IMG/VR virus record: IMGVR_UViG_3300029461_000002
DNA length: 54,208 bases
Reading direction: 5' to 3' (one strand)
DNA from: a virus
How positions within the stretch are numbered: the stretch's first letter is position 1; every line of letters begins with the position of its first letter. Positions 14,787 to 23,183 of this stretch are shown here, piece by piece. The notes below the pieces were generated by a model that was not told the DNA's origin, ran no database searches, and was given only the letters and a program-made list of their open reading frames with translations. The position numbers and the translations under genes were made by a program.

Positions 14787-16016
14787 ATGTCAAAGAAACA
14801 ACTTACTATCGTGGAGCTTCGAGACAAGATCGGATTGCTCAACACTGAAAAACAAGGCATTTTCGATAAGATGAAGGCCGAGGGCCGGAAGGCAGATGAG
14901 AATGAGGAAAAAAGATTGGCCGAGATCGTTACGGATATCGCCGATTGCGAGTTTGAGATCAAATTGGCCGAGGCTAGGAATAAACAACGTCCGGTGGCTA
15001 ACACCCAACATTCTAGGGGAGGATTGTTGGCTAAGGCTATCCGCTCAAAGATCACTGGCGAGACTTGTGACGAGGTGGAGGGGTTGATCGATGCCGGACG
15101 TAGGGCTATGACCGAGGCTAGCTTACCGGTGGATCAAGGAAGCTTGTTGATTCCGATGGAATATAGGGGCAATTTTATTTCCGCTCAAGTCACAGGTGAT
15201 GGCAAGGAACTTATATCAGAGGATTTGCTTGGCATCTTGCAGCCGATCCGTGATAGTTTGGTCATGGTAAAGGCTGGGGCTACTTTTTTAACGGGACTGA
15301 AAGGTAATATAGGTATTCCTGCGTATTCTGGCTCATCCGTTAATTGGGCTAATGAGACAGGGGCGGCTCAGAACGGGAAGGGCACGTTCACAAAGGTAGA
15401 GCTGGCTCCTAAGCGCTTAACAGCCTATATTGATATCTCTAAGCAGTTCCTTGCGCAAGATACGCTATCTACTGACACTATGCTTAGTAATGACTTGGCA
15501 CGCGCGGTGGCTATCAAGTTGCAGAAAACGATCCTTGGTGCCGAGGCTACTAACGCAAATAAGCCTGATGGCTTCTTTACTGGCACGCCAACTTATACGG
15601 TGACAGGAGAGGCTTCTTTCGCTAATATGATCGCTATGGAAACTGCGGTTCCCGTTGATGAGGCGTTAGTGAATAATCTTGCTTATATCACGTCAGTCAA
15701 AGGCGCGGGTATCTTGAAGGGTACTCTTAGAGCCGCAAGTGTAGCGGAGGGATTCATCTTGCAGAATGGCATGGCTAATGGTTACAACGTATATGCTACG
15801 TCAGGCATGGCATCCGGATTGCAAGAGAGCACGGATGAGGAAGGTATCATTTTCGGCAACTGGGCGGATTTCGTTATCGGTCAATGGGGTGCGTTGGATA
15901 TCACGGTTGATCCTTACACGAAGGCCGCTGATGGCGAGGTCCGATTAGTTATCAACGCCTTCTTTGATGCCAAGCCTCGTAGAAAAGAATCATTCGCTGT
16001 TGGATCTATTAAATAA
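14787..16016 (+). CDS. Major capsid protein (HK97 fold family)
   Basis: 409 aa with an N-terminal coiled delta-domain-like region. C-terminal GNWADFVIGQWGALDITVDPYT is typical of HK97-family capsid proteins. Confidence 0.8.
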   Translation: MSKKQLTIVELRDKIGLLNTEKQGIFDKMKAEGRKADENEEKRLAEIVTDIADCEFEIKLAEARNKQRPVANTQHSRGGLLAKAIRSKITGETCDEVEGLIDAGRRAMTEASLPVDQGSLLIPMEYRGNFISAQVTGDGKELISEDLLGILQPIRDSLVMVKAGATFLTGLKGNIGIPAYSGSSVNWANETGAAQNGKGTFTKVELAPKRLTAYIDISKQFLAQDTLSTDTMLSNDLARAVAIKLQKTILGAEATNANKPDGFFTGTPTYTVTGEASFANMIAMETAVPVDEALVNNLAYITSVKGAGILKGTLRAASVAEGFILQNGMANGYNVYATSGMASGLQESTDEEGIIFGNWADFVIGQWGALDITVDPYTKAADGEVRLVINAFFDAKPRRKESFAVGSIK

Positions 16017-16024
16017 CTAGGCTC

Positions 16025-16360
16025 ATGATACTTACGCTAGAGGAGGCAAAGAGGCATTTAAGAGTGGATTTGGATTACACCGATGATGATATGTATATCG
16101 AGGAATTGATAGGCATGTCAGAGATCGACATCGCTAATCGTTTAAAATTCGACTCATTGACGGATGTTTTTCCGGATGGTATTATACCTCTTCCGGTCAA
16201 ACATGCCGCCAAGCTTGTCGTGGCTCACTATTACGAGAATAGGGAGCCAATAGCTTTCGTTTCCTCTAGCAAGGTTCCCATGATGGTAGATAGCTTATTG
16301 TTTCCTTATGTAAGGTATTATAATCCAAAGGATCATGAGAGCGGGATTGATGAGAGATAA
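16025..16360 (+). CDS. Head-tail connector (gp6-like)
   Basis: LTLEEAKRHLRVDLDYTDDDMYIEELI is the typical gp6-like start. Confidence 0.55.
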   Translation: MILTLEEAKRHLRVDLDYTDDDMYIEELIGMSEIDIANRLKFDSLTDVFPDGIIPLPVKHAAKLVVAHYYENREPIAFVSSSKVPMMVDSLLFPYVRYYNPKDHESGIDER

Positions 16361-16652
16361 GATCACATTCCAATTACCTGTAAAGTCCGAGACTGAGTAT
16401 TCTGCCTCTGAGGTAATTTATGAGGATTGTTTCTCTACCTATGCCCGTGTTTCCCACATTAGAGGCAACAGGGCGATAGAGGCCAATGAGATCGTCAATA
16501 CCTATACGGTAAGGATCGAGATACGCCTGTATCATAAGGTCGATTATGACATGGTTATTGTCCATGATGAGATAAGGTACAGGATACTCGATATCAATCC
16601 GGAGAGATCCAAGAATTGTATAACCATCACGGGGGAGAGGATCAATGAGTAA
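16335..16652 (+). CDS. Head closure / head-tail adaptor protein
   Basis: 105 aa. The MRDKITFQ-type start is typical of head-closure proteins. Supported by synteny. Confidence 0.5.
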   Translation: MRAGLMRDKITFQLPVKSETEYSASEVIYEDCFSTYARVSHIRGNRAIEANEIVNTYTVRIEIRLYHKVDYDMVIVHDEIRYRILDINPERSKNCITITGERINE

Positions 16653-17154
16653 GGTCAAGGTTGATATATCGGAATATAACCGGATGGTGGACAGGCTTAC
16701 CGGGAAGGAAATGGATAAGGCTATGATTTCCGCCGTTCGATCCGGCGGGCAGATCATAAGGAGAAGGACTATCCAGAACTTTGGTTCCGGAACCGCTTTC
16801 AAGGCTTTCAATGTCTATAAAGACCGTAACGGATCAACTAAGAGATTACCATTGGTAAGGCTTAACGTTAATAAGAAAACCAAAGATGCCGTTGTTGATA
16901 TACTAGGGGATTTTAGAGCCAAGTTTTTTGAGCTTGGTACCAAACGGAGATTTACCAAGGGGCATCGGGTCACCGGCGTTAAAAGAAAAGGCGCTAGGCG
17001 ATATTTGATTAGATTGGGGAAACCCGCGAATCGTGGCATTATCACGGGACGAAGGTATTTCAGGAAAGCGCAAGACTCGGAAGAATCAAAGGTGCTTGAC
17101 GATATGGAGAAAAGAGTGATGAGGGCTGTAATAAGGATAGGAAGAAAGAAATGA
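16645..17154 (+). CDS. Neck/tail component (HK97 gp10-like)
   Basis: 169-aa basic protein; assigned by position in the connector block. Confidence 0.4.
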   Translation: MSKVKVDISEYNRMVDRLTGKEMDKAMISAVRSGGQIIRRRTIQNFGSGTAFKAFNVYKDRNGSTKRLPLVRLNVNKKTKDAVVDILGDFRAKFFELGTKRRFTKGHRVTGVKRKGARRYLIRLGKPANRGIITGRRYFRKAQDSEESKVLDDMEKRVMRAVIRIGRKK

Positions 17155-17540
17155 GAGCGTTAGAGATAGGAGCTTTGATTAAAAGACTGTTAGCTGATAT
17201 GAGTATCAATGACAGGTTGAAAGGCCGTATATATCCGGTCGTTGCCGAGCAGAAAACGCCTTTTCCTTTTGTTACGTACAAAAGAAGTGGGGTAGTCTTG
17301 GAATCGGACAAGGATGTGTCTTATCGTTATGGAATGATCAGCGTGGATATTATTATCGTCGGTTCTAGCTACTCTCAATCGCTGGACATTGCTTCCGCTA
17401 TAGTGGATGAGATGCCAGACTATCCAATGAACTTGGATGGTTTTGATATCTCCGATATAAAGCTTGCCAACGCCGTTGAGGATTTTCAAGACGAGGCGTA
17501 TATACAGGCTCTTACGTTTAATATTGTAATTGATAATTAA
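17151..17540 (+). CDS. Tail completion protein (DUF3168-like)
   Basis: LKGRIYPVVAEQKTPFPFVTYKRSG pattern, plus synteny. Confidence 0.4.
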   Translation: MRALEIGALIKRLLADMSINDRLKGRIYPVVAEQKTPFPFVTYKRSGVVLESDKDVSYRYGMISVDIIIVGSSYSQSLDIASAIVDEMPDYPMNLDGFDISDIKLANAVEDFQDEAYIQALTFNIVIDN

Positions 17541-17988
17541 CATGGAAAATAAAGTAGTAAGAGGAAGGGATTTGATGCTCTTCAAAAAGGTTTCAGAGAA
17601 TTATGTGGCACTTGGCGCTGCCACTACGCATACAATGAACTTATCAAGGGAGGAGCTTGATATCTCCAACAAGGATACTGGAGAATATGGTGATACTGAG
17701 CTTGGGCAAATCAGCTGGGATATTCAAGCTGACTCGATGATGATAGAGGCAGACTATGATAGTCTGGTTGACGCTTTTTTATCGGGAGAAGTACTTCATG
17801 TGGCATTCGCTGTCACGGCCGAGGCAGGATCTAAGACGGGCAAACCTTCCGCAGGATGGACTATTGGGTCTGGAGGATATGAGGGAGACGTATGTATCAC
17901 CTCTATCACGGCCAATGCCGCCCATAACGACAAGGCCACTTATTCCGCTACATTTAAGGGCAAAGGCCCGTTGCTCAAGAGATCTTGA
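17530..17988 (+). CDS. Major tail protein
   Basis: 152 aa, directly upstream of the chaperone pair and tape measure gene. Confidence 0.55.
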   Translation: MIINMENKVVRGRDLMLFKKVSENYVALGAATTHTMNLSREELDISNKDTGEYGDTELGQISWDIQADSMMIEADYDSLVDAFLSGEVLHVAFAVTAEAGSKTGKPSAGWTIGSGGYEGDVCITSITANAAHNDKATYSATFKGKGPLLKRS

Positions 17989-18311
17989 TCATGATGGAAG
18001 ATAAGATCACTATAAAAGATAAGGAGTATCGCCTTGGATATAATCTTCGCGTCCGAATGATTTACGAGAAGATCATGGGAAAGAATATCGGCGATGACAT
18101 GTTGACGTTTGAGAATATCGTGTTCTTTTATTCTGTATTGTTAGCGTACAATAAGGGTTTCACTATGGACTTGGAGGCTTTTACCGACATATTGTGCGAT
18201 GACGAGTCTATATATCTTGATTTTTTGAAATGGTCCGTAGAGTACAACAAGAGGAAGGAGATATTGGAAAATACGGATAACGCTGATAATGACGATAAAA
18301 AAAAAGAATAA
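17985..18311 (+). CDS. Tail assembly chaperone (gpG-like)
   Basis: 108 aa with an acidic C-terminus ending in a 9-A run. Lies upstream of the tape measure gene. Confidence 0.6.
   Translation: MIMMEDKITIKDKEYRLGYNLRVRMIYEKIMGKNIGDDMLTFENIVFFYSVLLAYNKGFTMDLEAFTDILCDDESIYLDFLKWSVEYNKRKEILENTDNADNDDKKKE
18299..18305 (+). promoter_or_regulatory. Candidate -1 programmed frameshift slippery heptamer A AAA AAA
   Basis: Zero-frame codons are gat aaa aaa aaa gaa taa. The heptamer a18299-a18305 fits X XXY YYZ, and slipping gives ...DDKKK|RISGKDIFQALVFVGG... Confidence 0.55.
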
Positions 18312-18655
18312 GCGGTAAGGATATATTCCAAGCCTTGGTTTTTGTTGGCGGGCTTGATCCGGCCTATGTGCTTGATGATATGGAACCATATGAGATTGAC
18401 GCTTGTATGGAAGGTATCCATAAGAAGTACATAGAGAGTTGGAATCAAACCCGTCAATTGGTTTATACGATAGCCCAAGTAAATAGCAGCAAACGTATAG
18501 ATATAAAGGATATGATGCCCTTCCCTTGGGATGAGAATGACAGCATGGAGATGCCAGAGGAAGAGCGTGAGAGATTGAGCTATATGTTAAATGAATTTGT
18601 AAAATTGAAGAATAATGGCGGCGGATCTATTCGTAAGAATCCTGTTCAAGAATAA
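18299..18655 (+). CDS. Frameshift extension of the tail assembly chaperone (gpT-like; expressed as a G-T fusion)
   Basis: The -1 frame is open from 18299, just after a TAA at 18296-18298 in that frame, and runs to 18655. The track gives it a TTG start at 18335. It has no good independent start. Confidence 0.5.
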   Translation, partial: KKRISGKDIFQALVFVGGLDPAYVLDDMEPYEIDACMEGIHKKYIESWNQTRQLVYTIAQVNSSKRIDIKDMMPFPWDENDSMEMPEEERERLSYMLNEFVKLKNNGGGSIRKNPVQE

Positions 18656-21071
18656 TGAGTTTGACAGGTCTATAAATAAGACAAGGAAACAGGTCTCTGA
18701 TTTCAAGAAGGTGACAGAGTCCGTTGGAGGGTCAATCGTTAGCATGACAAAAGGTTTTGCCACTCTTGGCGGCATCTCATTTGCGCTTATGGACGTTACC
18801 AAGAAAAGCATGGAGTTCGAGAAATCATTGTCAGGTCTTAGATCTTTAACCGGACTTGGGGCTAAGGATATGGAGTATTTCAAGAAAGCTGCTATTGATT
18901 TAGGATCTACATCTACACAAACAGCATCGCAAGTAGTTGAGGCTTACAAATTGATAGGTTCACAACAGCCTGAATTATTGAAAAATAGAGAGGCGCTTAA
19001 CGAGGTCACGAAACAAGCCATTATCTTAGCCGAAGCTGCGGGTATGGATGTCCCATCTGCGGCAAAAGCTTTATCTGGATCTATAAACCAAATGGGTGAG
19101 AGTGCTAATGTGGCAGGTGAATATATTAATATATTGGCGGCCGCATCGCAAGCGGGATCGGCTGATATACAATATTTATCCAAGGCTATAGAGAAATCCG
19201 GAGGTGCCGCTAATTCCGTAGGTGTTAAATACAATGAGCTTGTAGCCGCTATTGAGACTATCGCCCCTAAGATAACGGAAGCTAGTGAGGCTGGGACGAA
19301 TTTGCGTAATATATTCTTGATATTGGAAGGAAGCTCTGATAATAATCTTAGACCTTCTGTGGTTGGTTTATCCAAAGCTTTAGATAATCTGGCAAGCAAA
19401 AATCTAGATGCTACCCAAATGACTAAAATGTTCGGAAGAGAGAGCGTTACGGCGGCTTTAGCTCTGGTTAACGCAAAAGATCAATACAAAGGGTATATCG
19501 ATGCCATAACTGGGACAAACACGGCTTTAGAGCAACAACGGATTAATAACGCAAATTTGGAGGGATCTTTAAATGCGGTATCATCCGCATGGGAAGGGTT
19601 TATTCTAACCATGAACAAATCAAATGGTTTTTTGTCTACCGCCGCCCAAGGAGTAGCCTCATTGATACAGAATCTTACTGATTTAGCGAAAACACAAGAT
19701 GAGATACAAGAAAAGGTCATTGGTGATAAGGCAAATAAAATAATTGATAAAATAAAAGGAGCTTATGATGCAAACATAAGCGGGGGGCTATCAAAGCAAC
19801 GTTCTATAGAATTAACCGCTATAGAATATGATGAGACAGAAGCCTATAAGATAGATGTTCTCAAAAGCGATTTGTCATCCTTAACTATGTCCTTGGGAGA
19901 TCTAGAGAAGAGACGAAAGGAGTTGGCAGGAATGCCCGGTTATTATAACCGAAAAGAGAGAGGAGATATTCTCCAATCCATCCATGATACCAAGGAGAGG
20001 ATAAAATATATACAAGAGGAATTGAGTGTAAGAGAAAAAGCAGATGCGAAAATAAAAGAATTTTTGAATAATACGACTCTAAAATATAAAACTGATAAAG
20101 GGAAACCTATTGCCGTGTCAGATGTAGCCGCTAAAGGCTCAATAGATTATATCGAGACCCAGATATCAGATTTATCAAAGAAATTAAAATCCGCAACGGA
20201 CGAGGCCACGAGGCAAGGAATCCGTATTGCCATAGAAAAGTTGAAGGATGAGAAATTAAAGATAGAGATGGAACCCTTACCCGAAGGCTCCATAGATTAT
20301 CTTAACGCCCAGATATCAAGCCTAACGAAAAAACTTAACACGGAAACGGACGAGGCTGTAAGGCAAGGAATCCGCACGGCTATAGAGAAGATCAATAAAG
20401 AAAAATATAACATAGAGCTGGAAGCTACGCTTGGACGGTTGAAACCGATGGAGGGAGATAAATTCGGCGTGTCGGCAAAAGGCCGTAATGCAACGAAGGA
20501 TATTAAGTCTGGCTATATATCGGTTAAAGGCGTATCCGGTGACGCTATCAAGTCAAATTATGAATACGCTGATTCATTAGAAGCTATCGGTAATATGATG
20601 TCTTCTGTTTCTCGGTTAACAAACGAAGGTGCGGCTTCTTGGCTAGATTACTCTTTGAATGTTATGCAAGCGGTAGGCCAAGCTTTGCCGGCTTTGAACG
20701 CGCTTTTCAATAAGAATGTTGCGGCGGCAGGATCGTCAGCCGTATTGGGTGCCGCATCTTCCGGCCCATTTGGATGGCTTACGGCGGGGGCCGCTGTGGC
20801 CTCAATCGTGGCGGCTATAGCGGCAATTCCTAAATTCGCTAATGGCGGTATAGTCCCCGGTAGTATGTATTCGGGGGATCGTGTGCCGGCAATGGTAAAT
20901 TCAGGAGAAATGATATTAAACAGGTCTCAGCAAGGTAATCTGTTCCAAATATTGAATCAAGGAGGGATTAAGGGGAAAGATGTACGTGTAACAGGCGAAG
21001 TGGTAGTGTCGGGTGAGCAAATGAGGATATTATTAGCGAATACTGATAGAAAAAGGAGGAGAGGTAGATGA
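18615..21071 (+). CDS. Tail tape measure protein
   Basis: 818 aa, alpha-helical, with a TP901-type core (AKDMEYFKKAAIDLGSTSTQTASQVVEAYKLIGSQ). Has a Gly/Ala-rich hydrophobic segment near the C-terminus and an internal 50-aa duplication. Confidence 0.8.
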   Translation: MAADLFVRILFKNNEFDRSINKTRKQVSDFKKVTESVGGSIVSMTKGFATLGGISFALMDVTKKSMEFEKSLSGLRSLTGLGAKDMEYFKKAAIDLGSTSTQTASQVVEAYKLIGSQQPELLKNREALNEVTKQAIILAEAAGMDVPSAAKALSGSINQMGESANVAGEYINILAAASQAGSADIQYLSKAIEKSGGAANSVGVKYNELVAAIETIAPKITEASEAGTNLRNIFLILEGSSDNNLRPSVVGLSKALDNLASKNLDATQMTKMFGRESVTAALALVNAKDQYKGYIDAITGTNTALEQQRINNANLEGSLNAVSSAWEGFILTMNKSNGFLSTAAQGVASLIQNLTDLAKTQDEIQEKVIGDKANKIIDKIKGAYDANISGGLSKQRSIELTAIEYDETEAYKIDVLKSDLSSLTMSLGDLEKRRKELAGMPGYYNRKERGDILQSIHDTKERIKYIQEELSVREKADAKIKEFLNNTTLKYKTDKGKPIAVSDVAAKGSIDYIETQISDLSKKLKSATDEATRQGIRIAIEKLKDEKLKIEMEPLPEGSIDYLNAQISSLTKKLNTETDEAVRQGIRTAIEKINKEKYNIELEATLGRLKPMEGDKFGVSAKGRNATKDIKSGYISVKGVSGDAIKSNYEYADSLEAIGNMMSSVSRLTNEGAASWLDYSLNVMQAVGQALPALNALFNKNVAAAGSSAVLGAASSGPFGWLTAGAAVASIVAAIAAIPKFANGGIVPGSMYSGDRVPAMVNSGEMILNRSQQGNLFQILNQGGIKGKDVRVTGEVVVSGEQMRILLANTDRKRRRGR
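20136..20435 (+). repeat. 150-bp tandem duplication inside the tape measure gene
   Basis: GSIDYIETQISDLSKKLKSATDEATRQGIRIAIEKLKDEKLKIEMEPLPE is followed by GSIDYLNAQISSLTKKLNTETDEAVRQGIRTAIEKINKEKYNIELEATLG. The units start at 20136 and 20286. Confidence 0.8.
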
Positions 21072-23152
21072 ACAGGGTTTATTATAATGAGTTTAAGGGA
21101 TTAGATGGAATCCTTAATCGAGTTGAGATTCTTTCAGAAGTTTCAGGTATTGAAGAGTATGTGAAAACCGGAAAATCTCCTTTTGTATTAAGATATGCCG
21201 ATGTTATGAAGCTTGATCCTGTTCATACGGCTCAAGCAACGATACATCTTATCAGTCAATATGATTTTCAGTTTATTTCACTTCATACTGATGATATGCA
21301 AGGATATAGAGTTGATTTTTATAGGGGAGGAATTTTGTTTTGGACAGGATGGCTGGATTCAGAATTATACAACGAGGTATTATCTAAATCCTCACCTTAT
21401 GAAGTAGAATTCTCCGCTTCTGATTTCAATATAACAGAGAGACTGAAATATATTAATGACTCAGACGCAAAATATAGCGATATCGTCCCTGTGATGACGC
21501 ATATAAAAAGGTGTTTGGATAAGTTGAAATTGCCATTTGGAAAGATATATATAGGTTGCACGACTACAATAGGAGGTATATCTTTAAACTCATCCGAGAC
21601 TGCTCTTCATAAATCGTATGTTACCTCTTCTAATTTTTATGACGAGGATGGCAAGCCTATGTCTTGTAGAGAGGTCTTGGACAATTGTTTGAGACCTTTT
21701 GCTTTAATGATGGTACAGAAAGATGGGAATGTATATGTATATGATTATAACACCATTAAGAAAGGTTTACCAATGAAAAGGTTTGATTTCTCATCCATGA
21801 CATACGAGGATGAGGAATTTGTTGACTTTTATTATGGAAACGCCTTGGATATCGGTACTATGTCATCAGAGGGGGATTATGGGTTTGAGGAGATGTTTAA
21901 CAACGTGACTATTACAAGCTCATTATACGCTGACAAAGATGGGGTGTTTTCATATGATGTAGAGGAAGATAATCTGGAAAATCTTATATCCACATCTGAT
22001 AATGCCGGCTATGTCTTGAAAAAGTATGGATTATGCCCTCCTTGGAAAGAGGGCCGTTTCCTGTATTACGAGAATAAGAGAAATACCGGAGCCGATGCCC
22101 TGATAGGTGCGGAGATGATATATACGGGTGATAGCTCAGCGATCAATCGATGGTCTTTTGATGGCAAAAACGTATTTATTATAGGAAATACAGACTCTAA
22201 GAACTATCTTAGGATCAAGGCACAAGCGTATGTTAATACTAGGGATGACCCTTTTGATACGGACATCATAGAGGATGATGAGCGAACTGGTGTTATGGGG
22301 ATATATGGTGACTTGGTTCTGTATGATAGTATGGGTACCCCTATTATGTATTATGATAATAGTTATAGGTTTGATGAGGGATGGAAGAATGTAACGGGAG
22401 CCAGTGTTCCACAGGGCAAATTCATTTTAACTTATGTGTCATTATCAGAAACGGCCAGCGCTTCTACCTCGAGAATTGCGAATCAATGGTTGACAAATGG
22501 ACAAAATATGTCTTTAGGCGAATCTCTTAGCTCGTCAAGGGATCAAGCGGGTAATCGGTTGATCGCACCGCCGGTAAGCGGATATTTGGTGATGCGCATG
22601 AGATATAGCGTAATAAAACGGCTGGTTTTGGATAAGGAGGAGATATTTCCTGCGGATAGGGTTAAAAATATACTTATAGACCATGTCAGTATGGATTTCG
22701 AGAATGATAAGGGAGACAGCTTGAATACTGATGATTACGAGTTTAAAAGTTATATCAATAAGAAGGTCGCTTCGGATTTTGAGGAGATAACATTGAAATG
22801 TATATCGGCTAATGAAGATAATGTCCCAACAAGTAAAGCAAGTATACTAAAAAAGGATGGAAATAACTATAAGTTTCAATTATCATTCACTAGATCAAAC
22901 CAGACGGATATATTGGAAAGGCTGTTGATGTGTACCGTGCACTCTAATTTTAGTCAAAAGAATGAGCGTTTTTCTGTAGACGTTAAGCTTATTGGTAATC
23001 CTGCATTATCTTACCTCAGATACTCTCCTGTATTATCTGGAGAGTATCTTGTGACTGGATGTGATCTTGACTTTAGGTTATCTATCGCAAAACTCTCTGC
23101 TGTAGGATATTCCGATGACACCGCCAAGTTAAGCGATATACCATACGACTGA
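21068..23152 (+). CDS. Distal tail / baseplate protein (by position)
   Basis: 694 aa, 4-nt overlap with the tape measure gene. Function inferred from synteny only. Confidence 0.45.
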   Translation: MNRVYYNEFKGLDGILNRVEILSEVSGIEEYVKTGKSPFVLRYADVMKLDPVHTAQATIHLISQYDFQFISLHTDDMQGYRVDFYRGGILFWTGWLDSELYNEVLSKSSPYEVEFSASDFNITERLKYINDSDAKYSDIVPVMTHIKRCLDKLKLPFGKIYIGCTTTIGGISLNSSETALHKSYVTSSNFYDEDGKPMSCREVLDNCLRPFALMMVQKDGNVYVYDYNTIKKGLPMKRFDFSSMTYEDEEFVDFYYGNALDIGTMSSEGDYGFEEMFNNVTITSSLYADKDGVFSYDVEEDNLENLISTSDNAGYVLKKYGLCPPWKEGRFLYYENKRNTGADALIGAEMIYTGDSSAINRWSFDGKNVFIIGNTDSKNYLRIKAQAYVNTRDDPFDTDIIEDDERTGVMGIYGDLVLYDSMGTPIMYYDNSYRFDEGWKNVTGASVPQGKFILTYVSLSETASASTSRIANQWLTNGQNMSLGESLSSSRDQAGNRLIAPPVSGYLVMRMRYSVIKRLVLDKEEIFPADRVKNILIDHVSMDFENDKGDSLNTDDYEFKSYINKKVASDFEEITLKCISANEDNVPTSKASILKKDGNNYKFQLSFTRSNQTDILERLLMCTVHSNFSQKNERFSVDVKLIGNPALSYLRYSPVLSGEYLVTGCDLDFRLSIAKLSAVGYSDDTAKLSDIPYD

Positions 23153-23183
23153 TGTATTACACCATATCGGTACATATATAGAT

